NCBI RefSeq assembly: GCF_964355755.1
Contig: NC_092674.1
Coordinates: forward strand, 10,106,001 to 10,170,000
Length of the DNA stretch: 64,000 bases
Direction of reading: 5' to 3'
Origin: Antedon mediterranea
Lineage: Eukaryota > Animalia > Echinodermata
The notes beneath the pieces were generated by a model. The model was given only the letters and a program-made list of their open reading frames with translations, was not told the origin of the DNA and did no database searches. How positions within the stretch are numbered: position 1 is the stretch's first letter; each line of letters begins with the position of its first letter. A program made the position numbers and the translations under genes. Positions 27,388 to 41,775 of the stretch are shown in pieces.

Positions 27388-28710
27388 CATATTGAACCAA
27401 TCTTGGTGAATTTGGTGAATATTTAATGTTAAATTTCTTGGTCCTTAAAGATTTTGAAGAAAAAAAATCAATTATCTTTATTTAAAAATCAGAATTTTCC
27501 AAACGTGAGCGTGTGTTGTGGAGTGGAAATTTGGGGCGGGAAACATGCCAAAAATGGGTCCACATAGGTCATGCAAAGAGATAAGGAATTATGCTACTTT
27601 TTATGAGCCTTGATAAATCAATTTTAATATCCTGGATCAACTGTTGCAAATGCAAGTATTTAATTTATTTTTAATTTTTTTTCTCCGAAAAATGCAGCAA
27701 ATAAAAGAAATGTACATTATGAATGATATCACAATTTATTATTTTGCGCATAAAATCACAGAAAATCAATATTTCACATGTGGTGCCACTGAGAACGTCT
27801 GTATTAAATTTTTACAAATAGAGGGCAGCATATATATATTGCCTATTATTCCAACTATACTTTTAATACTGTAAGTCTATAAAATCTTGTTTATCTTTTG
27901 TTTCATTCCTAAATGACAATTTTGATTAAACAGCTTGACTGCAGTCTGAAATGGCTCCAAATTGTTAGTGTTTTCGTTACTGATACTTTTTTGAAAATAC
28001 CATTGCATAACATGTTATTCTTTTTATTTTTTATTTATAAAATTGAAATATAAATTATTAATAACTATATATTGTGTCTCGCACAGCATAGTTTGGTATG
28101 TTTTATATTTTTCATTTCAAATTGTAGAATTATTGGAGGCCCTACAGTCAAAACCTCAGCAATGTTAATACATTAGCTAATTAATGGAAAGCTTTCAATC
28201 TCATTTATTCGGCACCTAGATTACAAAACTTGACTGTATCTGAGCATGCCCAGAAACCTTATTTTTCTATCTACTATTAGTTTTTGCTAGAAATATGTAA
28301 TAAAAAATGTACCATTTGCCACATTTCTTGTTGTTTTATCAATTATTGATTGTGCTTATTTACCAACCATCTTGAATTTCAAAGTCATTTCAGATGAAAC
28401 ATGCATTTTGTAAGAACACACACAAGCGTGTCCTTGATCATATATTTGTCACGCATTTATGTTGTATATAAATTATTGTTAAATAAGGTTTACCGTACAT
28501 GTTTGGCATCTTTCTAAACCTAACTCTTATGCAATAGATTTAGATTATGTTATAAGTGACAAGCTATTATGTACTACATTAAGAAATGACATTCAAATTG
28601 CAATACCAGCAAGACAGAAACATACATTCTATTTTATTTACATTAAGCTATGTTAAGTACCACCTCTCCTCCCTCATCAAATATTGGAGCTGCATGACTT
28701 TTGCTATTAA

Positions 28711-29281
28711 AGCCCCATTCCCTACGTTTTTTAGATCTAATTTAAGATCACAAACTATATTTAATGTAAAAATAATACTATATGGTCTTATTGCGATAAC
28801 TTTTTTCGTCTTTAAAATCCCAAAATGCATTGCGCGCGGATTGATATTTTTGTTTTTCACCTGTAATTCGCCCACTTTTCGATCGATCGTGAGGCCAAAA
28901 CAAATGGAAGACTCCTAACTTTTCAGCGAAAATACCGGGTTTTCCCCAATTTGTATCAACTGAGTCTGGCAAAAATAGAAAGACAATTAATGCAGCAACT
29001 ATACAACGTCAGGCTAGGTATATAGCTAGCGTACGATGTTCGTACGTTACCGATGTTTACCAGCTAGGCCTACAAAACTAAGCCTAGCTAGGCTAGGTCT
29101 AAGACCGTCCACGAGAGGTCGATCGCCGCGAGCTACTTAGGTAGTGCATTGTTTTTCACTTTTTATCATAATTTACCATAAAACGTACATTTAAGACAAG
29201 GAATGACATGGTTTAATGTTTTTAAAGTGATATATATGTATTATTTTCCAAAAAACGTCCAAAATTGCAGGGAAGGGGTCT
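28711..29281. mobile_element. Kolobok-like non-autonomous DNA transposon
   Basis: TTAA TSD; imperfect TIR AGCCCCATTCCCTAC / GCAGGGAAGGGGTCT; AG...CT termini. Confidence 0.75.
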
Positions 29282-30679
29282 TTAATGGTAATCTATTGAA
29301 AGTGCATGATTCTTGTCATCAATCAGGTGTGTGAAATGTCGACTGAACTTCCCAACTATCTCATTCTCATGTTGGTAATCACAATATAACCAATGTATTC
29401 GAATATTGAAAAATGACCACTTTTACCAAATATGCAGTAAACATATTGCTTTTTGAAAGCTTTTTTTCTGTTTTGATTAAAGTACACATTAAGAATTAAG
29501 AAAACTAGAAAATAAATTGACACTCTGTAATGATTATGGCATATGGATACAATATTTAAATGCAAATGATGAAAGCAAACTAAGGTTTATCTTAGGAGGA
29601 GAGTCTATTCTTCTCTCTGACAATTCTTACAACGCATTTGATAAATTCTGTAAAAGCTGTCATCGGAAAAACGGTCTTCGTTGAAATATTCCCAATGACT
29701 GTTGCTTGTATATAGTTTATTTTCTTTTAGTTTTTTTTTTCTCATTATGTTTTGTTTCTTTTTCAAATTATTATGTTTTGTTTTTTTGGACCGCACCGCA
29801 TGTTGTGAGTGCCACTGATTCAAAGGTGAATGGGTCAACAAATAAATAAACATCTCACAAGTCTTGTTTAAGATTATAAATTAAGTATGGGTGTTTATAT
29901 GTTACATTATGCTGACCTAGGACATAGCTTTGCCATGCTAATTCATGTCCTTCCAAGCTCCATTCCTCATATTTAAATTAAACTGGGTGGAAGACCTTTA
30001 AATAAAAATAAAGACAAATTAAGCTCGGTGACATCGTCCTAGTTTTTAAAGGACAACCTCATTCATGATTTGTTAATACCATTCATGGAATTCTTAATGA
30101 TTAACTGTAATCTGTTACTTACACATAATAAACACAAATAGTTAGGTATTGGTAGTCAGGATAATTGATATACGACTATAAAATAAAATAAATTAGTCTT
30201 GTCTACGAGATTGAAATTTCTTTCATGTATAGAAGTGCGTCTGTTTTATTCAGAGACCTACATTTGTTCAACCTTGGTTGCAGATTCTATAGTTCATAGA
30301 AAAAATTACAAATTTACGCAAGAGCTGAAAGCGTTCAGAAGTTCCCCGCCGCATAACAAAACGTGAAAAACAATATGCACAATTTTTATTGTTCAATCAA
30401 TTGTTTGAGATCAACCTTAGAAATGTATACACTAGTCAAGTGGAATTTCCCTCTTGAGAGTGATAAAAGGCGATGAAAACTATCATCCCAGAATTTTGAT
30501 ACAAAAACCGCAGAATCAAGCATAAAATGCTATAACGTAATTCAGAAAAATATACATATTAGTATCTACGTTAAAATATAAAATTTATACTTAGAAATGA
30601 TTTTATCCTAGGACAAAATTTCAAAGGTTTTAAAAGCACAAATTAAACCTATTCTACAAGATATGGTTGTGAATATTAT

Positions 30680-30992
30680 ACAAATAATGAATGTTTATGA
30701 GTGCAATGGTACAAATAATGGCACGAGGTGAATGATGAAAGGTTATATAAACGAGGCAAAGCCGAGTTGATATAACCTTTCATCATTCACCAAGTGCCAT
30801 TATTTGTACCATTACACGAATACAAAACATTCATTATTTGTTTTATATAACATCTAGACGTTTTTTTTTCGTACACAAAAATGTTTCAAAAAGTACTATT
30901 TAACGATCGTTGAATAGTGCGTACTATTGCACGCCATGTGACCCACATTCGTCCAATCAAATGACAGGAATTTATATAGGTGTTATATAAAA
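30680..30992. mobile_element. Unclassified hairpin-forming interspersed repeat
   Basis: ~160-bp imperfect palindrome 30680-30841 centred on GAGGCAAAGCCGAG; second IR TTATATAACA..TGTTATATAA (30843-30990). Confidence 0.65.
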
Positions 30993-33900
30993 ATGTATAA
31001 CACATCATACATAAAATATGTGATATAAATAAACACAGGTTTCAGACCCATCAAATTTTTAAAACAACATTAGTATTAAACAAAAAAAAAAGAAAAATGT
31101 AATGTACATATTTATAACACCTGATCGTATCCTTGCCATTTGATTGGTTCATTTCACATCAAGCGCCATTCAGTTTTTAGTTCTACAGGTAATAGTTCTT
31201 CTGCAGGTCTAGTTCTACTTAATATATATGTGATATTTAATGGTTCTATTGCATGTTCAGCTTTCATTAACGATTTTAAAAATTGTTTGAAATACAACTT
31301 TCGTTCTACATCCAAACTGACTCTAAATGGACTAGAGAGAATTTAATCTTGTTAACCATGGAATTGATCATTATATAAAACCAGCTTTTTTTTTTATTTA
31401 ACATGGATATCAGGACGTACTTTTTGCAATTATAAAGGCTTGCATAAAAAACCCATTTGTGAAATTACCTTGAAGATAATTTAAAATGTTAATGCATCTC
31501 TTCATATTAGCTTATACAGTATTGTGCTTTGTTGCAAATTGGGTGATTAACAAATGTACTATCCTTCAATGGCTCCTGGTTTCATGGTTGTTCATGACTT
31601 AGTACGGGTTAGACACACGTATTGGTATGATATGTCTTGTGCAAACAATTGAGACTTTGTTTGATTTCTTTCTTTGAAAACATAAACTGTGAAAGCAACT
31701 GAACTACAAATGCTCGTTTTATATTGTCTAACAAAATCCACCAGTGTGTGTAAATTATGGTTGAGAAAGGGGAAAAATAATAGTTGCAACACAATGAAAT
31801 ATATCTCAAAATTAAAATAAAAAGGATAGTTTAACCGTATATGTTTAGATGGTACGTCCCACCCGATTTGAAAGTAAACTGTGATCTTCCATACTATAGA
31901 GTGATCATAGGTAAAAGGTCAAATAATATACATTATGAAATTTTCAAATTCAGTGTTTATATTCAGTTCATAATTACCAACATAATTTAATAACATCACA
32001 GAAGCGCTAGTCCATCTATCATATACAAATTATTAACAGTGGTCAATGAAACAAAAATTAAATTCTTCAGGAGCTGTCTTGCATGCTTTCAATTTGACAG
32101 TCAAAATTAAATTATGAACTCTTTATTTTTACAGGCTTAATAATAAAAAAGCACACTTGGAAATGGTCAAGTTGTTAAGTTATTATTAAAAAATCTTCCA
32201 TTTCAGGCATTTTTCTATCTGCTCCTGATCAATCCGTCCAATTGTCGACAAAATCATTAAAATTCACAAAGTGTTCTTTGATTTGTTGTTACAGACATAA
32301 AGTCAATTTATTTAACAGGATCAATTACGTAAAAGTTAACACGCAATACTAAATCTCTTTCACAACAAAGTTTGATTATTTAATTCATTAAAACCTCAAA
32401 GCATATTCATCAATATTATTAAGAAAGTTACTAAGGTCGACTCTATCGTACAGATTCGATTACATGACGAGAGATTTCTTTACAATCCACATGCACGCAC
32501 GTTTAATTGTTATCCAACAAATTGTTATTAACGATTGTTAAATAATTGTTAATTTACAAAGTTGATTTATTGTACAGGGTTGATTACATGATTTAAGTAT
32601 GTTGGAATTAATACCATACTAATACTATAGAATTCAAATTACTAATTTAAACATAAGAATAGGTGATTCTGTTTATTCCAAACCAGGGGTGTATCTATGA
32701 CTTTTTATACAGGGAGTGCTATTACATAGGTACAGTATACCATAAAACCTAAAAAATCTCAGGGGTTTTTAAGTCTAAAGGCTTATTGTCGAGATGAGCT
32801 TTTTTCAAAATCAAATAAATTGGGGTTGGGGCTTCTTTTTATTGAAATGAATGCTGTAATTGCTAATAAAATTATATTTTTTTAGACATTCACTGCCAAT
32901 TTTACATATTACTGTATTTGACAAAGAAGATTAAGAAGATACAGGATGCAATCAAAACAATTTTTTGAAACAGTTTTTAAAAACAATAAACTGTAAAACA
33001 AATATATAAACTTGATCATACATTATTAGTCTGGCATTGAATCACCAACAAACTTTACATGTGTTTGTATTGTTTATTTCTGTTCCTTGATTTTGATATG
33101 AGCTTCTTTTCGAGATTACTTTTGTAAACCAAAGAGCTCTTTATTTTCGAGGTTTTAACTGCCAATATTAAAAACTAGTTCATAAATTTATTTGTATTTA
33201 AAAGGGTGAATGTGCACTGCTAGTGCTACCATGCCTCTTCCTCTGAATCCACCCTTGCAAATGAAGGCCTTGGGCCCCCTCAAAAATCCGCCACTGGCTA
33301 TAACCTTGATCAGTTGTGATTATTGTTTGTGTCCGTACCATTTTATATATTATTTTTCACTATTGATTGGTTTAGAATCTTTATTTTTCAATATGATTAA
33401 TTAGTCTACGTCATTCAGTATGAAAACCATCAGGGATGATTAAATTTGATTCTGAAGAACACATTTAAGACAAAATTAACCATAAAATTACGTAAAAAGC
33501 ATTGAAAACTCATGGTCATTCTTGCATAGATTTAATGGATTGTGATTTCATGGTAACATTTGATCTAGACAATTTCTAATTTTGTCATCATTGTATTGTG
33601 TCATAATGATAGAGATAATGGCTTCAATTATGACATGACGTGTCAATTAATTTGGCATTAATTAACTAATCCCCAGATTTGTCTCAAAAGTTAAATAATA
33701 TCTGTGTAATCTTACCATAATAGATGGTATTACCAAAAATTAAAATGAGTTCACACGTGTATAGTCTAGTTTCTAGACAATTTGGCTTTAATATTCGTAC
33801 AAATAAAAGCATTTTTGCACACATGATGTGCCATAACTGTCTGGAATCCAAAATGCCTTATCGGTGGCGCTACATAAAACTAAAGTGGCAAGTCAAAGAA

Positions 33901-35419
33901 ATGTGGGGAATTACACCAGACCTTTTCTAAATGCATGGTTCTCAAAAGCTTGAATGCGAATACAGTATACCAACACAATGCATTGAAATGGAACATGCAT
34001 ATAACTAAACTCAAGGTTGTGAAGTTACTTCAATTTAATTCTACACATGTTTCTACACTACAATATTTGAATAAGAAAAAAAGAAATTTCCTATACAAGT
34101 GGCATGGTGCACACACAGATATTACATAAAAAGTTGGTGTCAACAAGAAAGGTTCACTTACACCAATTATCCATGATGTCATCATGCAACATACCATCCA
34201 ATTCAAAGCTTTTTCTACAATTTATTATGATCGTAGGCCGACAGATTAAAAACAAACGCATGCACAAAATTAACATTCTTAAATCCTGAACAATAACAAT
34301 ACATTTAGTACAGTTTTTTTCATAGTAAAACTTGTCTTATATAAGGACTTTTGACAAATGCTCTAGTTGCGATGGTTCCTTAAACCTGTCAACCTAAATA
34401 ATTGTATTGTGTCTCATACTCTAAATAATGTCTTACATTTGTCCTTGATGATATTAGCGCCAATAGTACAGTATTGGATTATTGTTTAGCGATACCGTTT
34501 CTGTGACAGGTTCAGGACAATGTACCCTATTATTTATTCCCCAATCATCATGTCATCTAGATATTTGTTCCACAAATTGCTGTGCTCTAGATATATCCAA
34601 ATATTTGCCCATTGTTGACTTTTTGTACCAAGGGGTGGGGATCAGAATTGAATTTTTGTATACTACCATTTATTATTGGTAAATGACAAGTGTACAATTT
34701 AGAACTGGACCACTTCTCAATATACAAAGTGCAAAGCAATAAATTTACACACAATACTATAGTTAGAGAAATTAATGCACATACACACCTAAAGCCATTA
34801 CCTATTTTCAATACTGGATATTTTTTAACATTCTGTAGTTAAAAAAAGTACCGACACTAATATTGGATCATTTAAAACTTAATTTCTTATGTTATCAATA
34901 TTTTTTTGCGCTGTTGAATTACAATGAATTAACAATGAATGAAAAATTGATTCTCTGTAATTAATTCCCACTGTTCAGTACATGAATGATATTATTCAGC
35001 AGTCAGATTGTCACTTATGTGTGCCATCAAATCCCTCGATAATAAGCTGTCAACAATGAAAGTACTTAAAAACAACGTAGTCTTCGATTATCTATTACCC
35101 AGTCACCGTTATTCTGCAGTTGTCATTAATACAAATTCATGGCATGCTACCAGAAAGATTAATACTGTATTTTGTACATTTTCAGCTTTTTATGTTTAGC
35201 TAAAGTTTTAGTTCTGTGTGCTCCATAGGATTTATCTCCTGTCATATTCATTCAGTCGTGTTTAGTACTACTGTATATAGACTGGAATTTCAATAGATTG
35301 CAGTTCTCAGAGATTGTTTGTGGTTGATTTTTTTATTAGCTTCTGGATTAATAAATTTGCATATTAAATATAAAGTTGATTCATTCATTCATTAAATGAT
35401 TATAATTGGAAACATAAAT

Positions 35420-36248
35420 TGTTGAATGAATGGTTGAATAACTTTGGATTGACTGATTGATTGTTTAATGATTAATTGAATAACTTTAGATTGATTATTT
35501 AATGATTGATTGAATAACTTTTTGGATTGATTATTAATGATTGATTGAATAACGTTGGATTGAATGTTTAATGATTTATTGAATAACTTTGGAATGACTG
35601 TTTTATGATGGATTTTGGATTGATTGTTTGATGATTGATTAAATAACTTTGAAATGATTGTTTAATGATTGCCTGAATAACTTTGGATTGAATGATTAAT
35701 GATAGATTAAATAGCTTTGGATTGATTATTTGAGAATTGATTAAATATCTTTGAAATGATTGTTTAATGATATCTTGAATAACTTTGGATTGAATGTTAA
35801 TGATTAAATAAATAACTTAGGAATGAGTGTTTAATGATTGATTTAATACGTTTGGATTGATTGTTTGATGATTGATCAAATAACTTTGGATTGAATGTTT
35901 AATGATTGAATAACTTTGGAACGATTGACTAAATAAATTTGGAATGATTGTTTAATGATTGATTGAATAACTTTGGATTGAATATTTAATTATTGATTGA
36001 ATAATTTGGATTAACTATTTAATGATTGAATAACTTTGGATTGAATGTTCAATGATTGATTGAATAACTTTGGAACGATTAGTTAAATAAATTTGAAATG
36101 ATTCTTTAATGATTGATTGAATAACTTTGGATTGATTATTTAATGATTGATTGAATAATTTGGATTGACTATTTAATGATTGAATAACTTTGGATTGAAT
36201 ATTTAATGATTGATTGAATAATTTGGATTGACTATTTAATGATTGAAT
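35420..36248. repeat. Degenerate ~30-34-bp minisatellite (TTGAATAACTTTGGATTGATTGTTTAATGA)
   Basis: About 25 diverged units read directly. Confidence 0.92.
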
Positions 36249-38603
36249 GTGTGTGCATCTACATGTAGTAAGTAAGTAAGTAAGTAAAGCTTAATTTCTT
36301 TTTTTTTATATTCAACCTTTTAAAATCCCAAAATAGAAATGCATAAGGCAGGAATATTAATATTAATAAAAACAATCAGTAATATGATATATAGTATCCT
36401 TATTGATTTTAGCTCTTTGAATAAACCCATTTGATAGCATAGCCTCAATATATACTGTAATTAAACTTATTTTGAAAGGGCTTTAAAACTTTAAAGTGTG
36501 TTGCTATTTTAGTAGACAATGGGGTGACTACTTATTTTTGTTTATATTCAACATCTAGAAATAGCTTCTCTTTAGAGATAGGCAGTTGGATTTAAAACCA
36601 TGGCCTAGTTTCTCGACCAAATTAAATGTAATCCCTGTGTTATTTTTACTCTTGTTTTTTCTTTTCCCCACTGAGCCAGTTACATCAGTCTTTTACCCGG
36701 CATGGTTTTACCATCTTTTCCCGTAGGAATCGTACATTGCACTTTAGCAATCAACAATACAAAATATTATTTGATGAACAGAACATAAAATATTAATAAG
36801 AAATGTTAAAGGTTACATGAATGTTATTGATATCAAATTGATATTTTATCTGACCCAGTTCACATATTTCCAAATTAAAAATTTGTTTATTGTTCAATTT
36901 ATAAAATAGCTATAGATATTGTATGTATCAATTTCTTATGATCATTTGTTTATTGTTTAGGGATTCTTCAACTTTTTATTATAAACAATTTATAATTTTA
37001 TTTCATATGCTTCCAACAGCGAGTAACTCGCCAATTACAGGATGGATAAACTATTTTATATTATTTATCATGCTTTATAAAACTATGTCTGATTTGAGGC
37101 TTATGGGGTAGAGTTGAAAGAGTTTTGAGTTAAAAACCGTTTTGAGATAACAGGTTTCTAAAATGTGTATGGTAGTCTATTTCCCCTTTCTGATTGGCTA
37201 GCAAAACTTTTTACACACACCATGATGTCAACACTGGGGTTTTGTTATGGTGTGTGTGTGTGTGTGCATAATTGTCTTAATGTTGAGGGATTTTTGTCAT
37301 AATTTCTAGAGCTTTTCTAGGCAATTTGTTCAACCATAACTTTCCCAATGATTAACATTTAAAATGGAAGTTCTGTCATCACAGATAGCATGCAGCCGTG
37401 TGCATTTGGCCAGCTTCAAATAAATGATGTATTACAAAGAAGTATTCGTTATTTTTCTGTTATGCGCTGCTTGTATTCTTAACTCTAGACGCAAGACGTA
37501 ACAGTTCCGGAGTCCATTTTAGATGTTGTAACATGTTAACATTCTTTATTAAAAGCTAACTTTAACCCATGCGTAAGAAAATTGTAATTTTTCCCTACTT
37601 GAAAATTGTAATTTTTCCCTACTTTTAAATTCTTTCGATTTTCTCAATCAAAGTTCAAAGGACATAAAATGATTGATGAATGAATTGATGATGAACTTAT
37701 TGTGTCAATCTTCCCTCATAATCAAAGTTATCCATGTGATAAATCATCGGCTTGTTCTATTTTCAAAGATTATTTGAATTATCGTAATCGATTGTGGTTA
37801 ATCTAATGTTGATGTTTTCTATATCTTTTTAGTCTAGTATGAAAGTCACAATACTGCTGATGTTTAACAATTCTGTGTTAGCAAATTCAATTCGCCTTTA
37901 TTTTAGATTCTTGTAGGGAAGTAATTCAAAATCAATACATAGCCATAATTATTTGTAAATTAGATTAAAATGAATACCAAGTAGCAGACAATGTATTTTG
38001 CTTCATCTGTAATTTTCTAAATTTGTGGAGTTTTTTCTGAAAGATTTGAAAATTAAAGATAAGTGAGTCTGAAAATTTGGCTATGGCCCTGAGTATAATG
38101 ATTTATACTATTTATTGAAAATGTTCAATTTGTATAATTTCTCTCTCGTTTGCTCTATAGAATGATAAATATAGTAAATGGTCTTTCCTAAAATTAGACT
38201 CCCTTGACTCCTGAAAATGTACTTGGTATCTGGAAAATCTGTTTTGTAGTATGCTATTCTTTTGAGTAAGAATGGTTGTTCAGTACATGAATTATGTCTG
38301 TAAAATTAAAAAACACATGTATTTATAAATCAAGAAAAAACTCTACCAGATAGCTCGTTCGAGACTTTCAGTCAAATTAGTAGTGTGTCGGCTTTTGTTA
38401 TGCTAATGAGCCAGACAATTCTAATCTGCATATGTTCAAAATTGCTTGACGTGTTGGAAGTCTTGTTTTAATTGGGACACAGACACCATAACTAAAATCT
38501 TGGTTCCCGAAATGGTCCTTCGAGAGAAAACTGTATTTGAATTTAAATTGAAGAGTATATATTTTGATTTCTGTTTACATTAAAGTTTGTTTTTTTTTAA
38601 CAG

Positions 38604-38714
38604 ATCCTGCACTCAAAAGACCCAAGAAAGGTGGCAGTATTTTACGAAGTAAACAGAAAAACACAAATTTAATAGATTTACTAAAGTCCAAAGAATCCAA
38701 CAAAGATGGAAAAG
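38604..38714 (+). CDS. ARHGAP6: ARHGAP6-like shared exon 2 (DPALKRPKKGGSILRSK...NKDGK)
   Basis: Poly-T CAG acceptor, AAG|GTAAAG donor, 111 nt, phase 1 to 1, open frame. Confidence 0.8.
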
Positions 38715-38868
38715 GTAAAGAATAACATTAAAAATAGATTGATGTGGTACAAAACCGGAGAGTTATTTACACCATGAACCATCCTGAGGTGTAAATGTAC
38801 TTAAAGATGGATTGTAATTATTTTTCAGGATTTAGAAATATAAAATACAGCACAATTGTTAATTTCAG

Positions 38869-39038
38869 ATTCACTGTCTGGGTTAATGTTTGGAATTTCC
38901 CTAGAGAAATGTATTTCACATGACGACCAGTTACGGAAATACCGATCATCACGGTTGAGAGAACGACGTGAAAGTCTTGATCTTGCACATACTATCTCAG
39001 TTCGACCAACACCTCGACAGTTGAAAAGTGTTAAGAAG
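38869..39038 (+). CDS. ARHGAP6: ARHGAP6-like shared exon 3 (DSLSGLMFGISLEKCISHD...VKK)
   Basis: TTTCAG acceptor, AAG|GTAAAT donor, phase 1 to 0; FGxxL motif that typically precedes RhoGAP domains. Confidence 0.87.
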
Positions 39039-40243
39039 GTAAATTCGGAATAATCAATCAAAAAGCTTTACATGTTTTACATACTGTTGATAAATTTATA
39101 TTCATGGCAAACACAAACGTGTGCATTTAAGTATGAATGTGAATTTTAAAATTATATTTAAGGCCTCTGGGGATGAATATTGATCATGCTTCAGCAAGAA
39201 ATAGAAGTTTTTATTGCCCAGACGGGTGGATTAAGTCAATATTTGGCTGTTAAGTCATTCATCTGTAACCATTCGACATTACTTCAATTTAACATAACTA
39301 AGTCTATTTTATTGCTTGATTTTGAATATCACGTGACATGCATATCCTCTCCTAATTGAACGATTATAAACATAGAATTCTGTACGACATGCTAGGCTGA
39401 ATGATACGCCATGGAAAACCAACCTGTGTTGTTTGCTTAGCTGCTCTACCAAATTCTGAGCACAATATTTTTCAATGGGCCTAGTCTTGTTCATTTGATT
39501 CAATCAAAGCAACAAATTGAATTGAATAAAAGCTAAAAACTAAATTAGCTATGACTTTAAAACTAATTCATTTAAAAGTTTTTCCTTGCACTTTAGTACG
39601 ATTCCAAGATGCTATTTCATCTTCATAGCATTATTTTTCTTTTTTATAATAAATATTTAAAATACTAATAAATTACTTAAAGATGAAATGTCTTCCTATA
39701 CAATAGGGAATTGTTGTGCAACAATAAATGTTCAGTGTTCGCACATGAATATAAATAATCCATTTGTAGAAGTAAAACTACATTAATGGTAAAATCCATC
39801 ACAAGTAGAAAATTAAAACAATAGCTAAAGCATAGAAAAGCAAATATGTGGGTTTGAATTTGCTATATATCGATGGGGGAGAAAATGTAACAATTTAGGG
39901 GTGTAGAAAGATACAGAGGTATAAAAATATGTGTGTGTGAGAGACATTATAAGATAAGGGCAGTTAAGACCAAGCAAAGAAAAAACATTTTATAGATTCC
40001 AAAAAAAAACATTTAACCCTCGACCTAATGGTAATTATCTCATCATCCTAGAAGCCATTGAAAATTAGTTGGTATGCTTGGAAGAAAAAATTGCGTGACT
40101 GAGCAACATATTGATATGGAAGTTGCATCCTGACCGGATTGCAACTGCCAAGCCAATATGTCTCAAAAAAATACACTAGAAAATCTTGATTTTGTGACTT
40201 TGGTATACTGCAAAGGCTTTGTAAAATATGTTTGCTTGGAAGA

Positions 40244-40648
40244 CATAAATAGAAGACATAGTACGGCTTTACCACGTTGAAACACCGGTTCTCGTCAGAT
40301 CACCGAAGTTAAGCGACGTTGGGCCTGGTTAGAGCTTGGATGGGAGACCATCTGGGAATAACGGGTGCTGTATACGGAGCTGGGGTCCCGTTAGGCATTT
40401 GAAATCAGCACTGCTGACTCTTATAGCAGCCCCTGCATCTAGTATCTGCCTCAGATCTCTGGTCAAGGTGGGCACTGGACGAGAGAAGCCCTTGATCAAT
40501 GTTAGGACCAATCAAGGTGCTTTAAACAGTCCTGGCTTTGTTTGTATCAAACCTGTTAGTGGCGGTAATTATCACTGTTGGTTTCGATTAAATAAAATAA
40601 AAAAAATAAATAAATAAATAAAAAAATAAATAAAAAAAAAAATAAAAT
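40244..40648 (+). mobile_element. 5S rRNA-derived SINE (SINE3-like)
   Basis: 40259-40375 resembles 5S rRNA (TACCACGTTGAAACACCGGTTCTCGTCAGATCACCGAAGTTAAGC...TGGGAATAACGGGTGCTGTA); ~210-bp unrelated body; A-rich tail; ~21-bp TSD AAAATATGT(T/C)TGCTTGGAAGA. Confidence 0.85.
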
Positions 40649-41775
40649 AAAATATGTCTGCTTGGAAGAAAAAATTATATGTGACTGAGCGACATATTGG
40701 CATGGAAGTCGCATCCTAACCGGATTGCAACTGCCAAGTCAATATGTCTCAATAAAATACACTAGAAAATCTTGATTTTGTGACTTTGGTATACTGTGAA
40801 GGCTTTGTATTTGTGTAATATATTATACAAATGCTTTTGAGACTATGTTCTCCTACCGCTGCAGGAAAAAAGGCCTGTCGGTTTATCATAGTAAACTAGT
40901 CAGGAAATGCAAGGCTGTGTAAATGTTTTTGCCTTTCAAACATCTGAAGTGATTCCAATTTTATATTCCGTGAACTTTGCAAATAAGTATATATATGTCA
41001 ACAGATTCCAAGCTAATCTAATCAGAAAAATTAATTATGCAACTTGCATCCTTTCAACTTTTTGGAAAACCGCATTTACAATTTACATGTACGAGAATGC
41101 ATTTTCAATTAATTACACAATATTATACATTAAATTTTATGGTACACACAGACTTTGCTTTAATTAATTTATACATGAATTATACCCAGGGGTACGCCTA
41201 CGGCATTCCCAATATCTGCAATACCATAGTTTACATACTGTCGTCCGCACTTAGGAATGTTAAAGCTGTTTATATTATGTGACTGGCGATGTTGAAATAT
41301 ATTGTGTTGATGCATTCACAAAGATTTTGTTTGTCAAAACTACTACACAACTGTTGTAAGTGGTTGAAAGTGTTGACAGTGAAAAGAAACCTAATTTAGT
41401 TTAAATTTAGAATTCTAGTTCCAGATAAAATGAATGTAGAACAGACAGATGTGAAATTCACTTAACTGAGAGTCAAATTTACAATCAAGTTATTTTTATA
41501 GTTACTAGAATTAAGTTGATTGATTTTTTTTTTGAATGATGTTAAATTCATAGAACTAAGTAATGTATAGTATAAAAACATAGTCAAAGTAATTAAATAA
41601 ATAAAAATTGAACACAAATTCTCTCTGATTAAAGATTTTGGCATGCTCCTCTCAAAATAAGAATCACAGGTCAAAAAGAGATGTACAGTATTGCAACTAA
41701 AGAAAGTGCAATTTTTGAAATAAACAAAATTAAAAGGTAGCTTTGAAAAAGAAAACAAAATAAATCTAATATTAA

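Noticed and set aside
10016-38603. Nested antisense protein-coding gene in the large introns (as AMELX is in mammalian ARHGAP6)
   Set aside because: No recognisable coding exons found on the minus strand by eye; very short exons could have been missed
38829-38868. Alternative acceptor TTTTTCAG at 38828
   Set aside because: Would shift the frame relative to the conserved FGISL exon
40259-40375. Functional 5S rRNA gene
   Set aside because: Diverged ends, no oligo-T terminator; continues into a SINE body with A-rich tail and TSD
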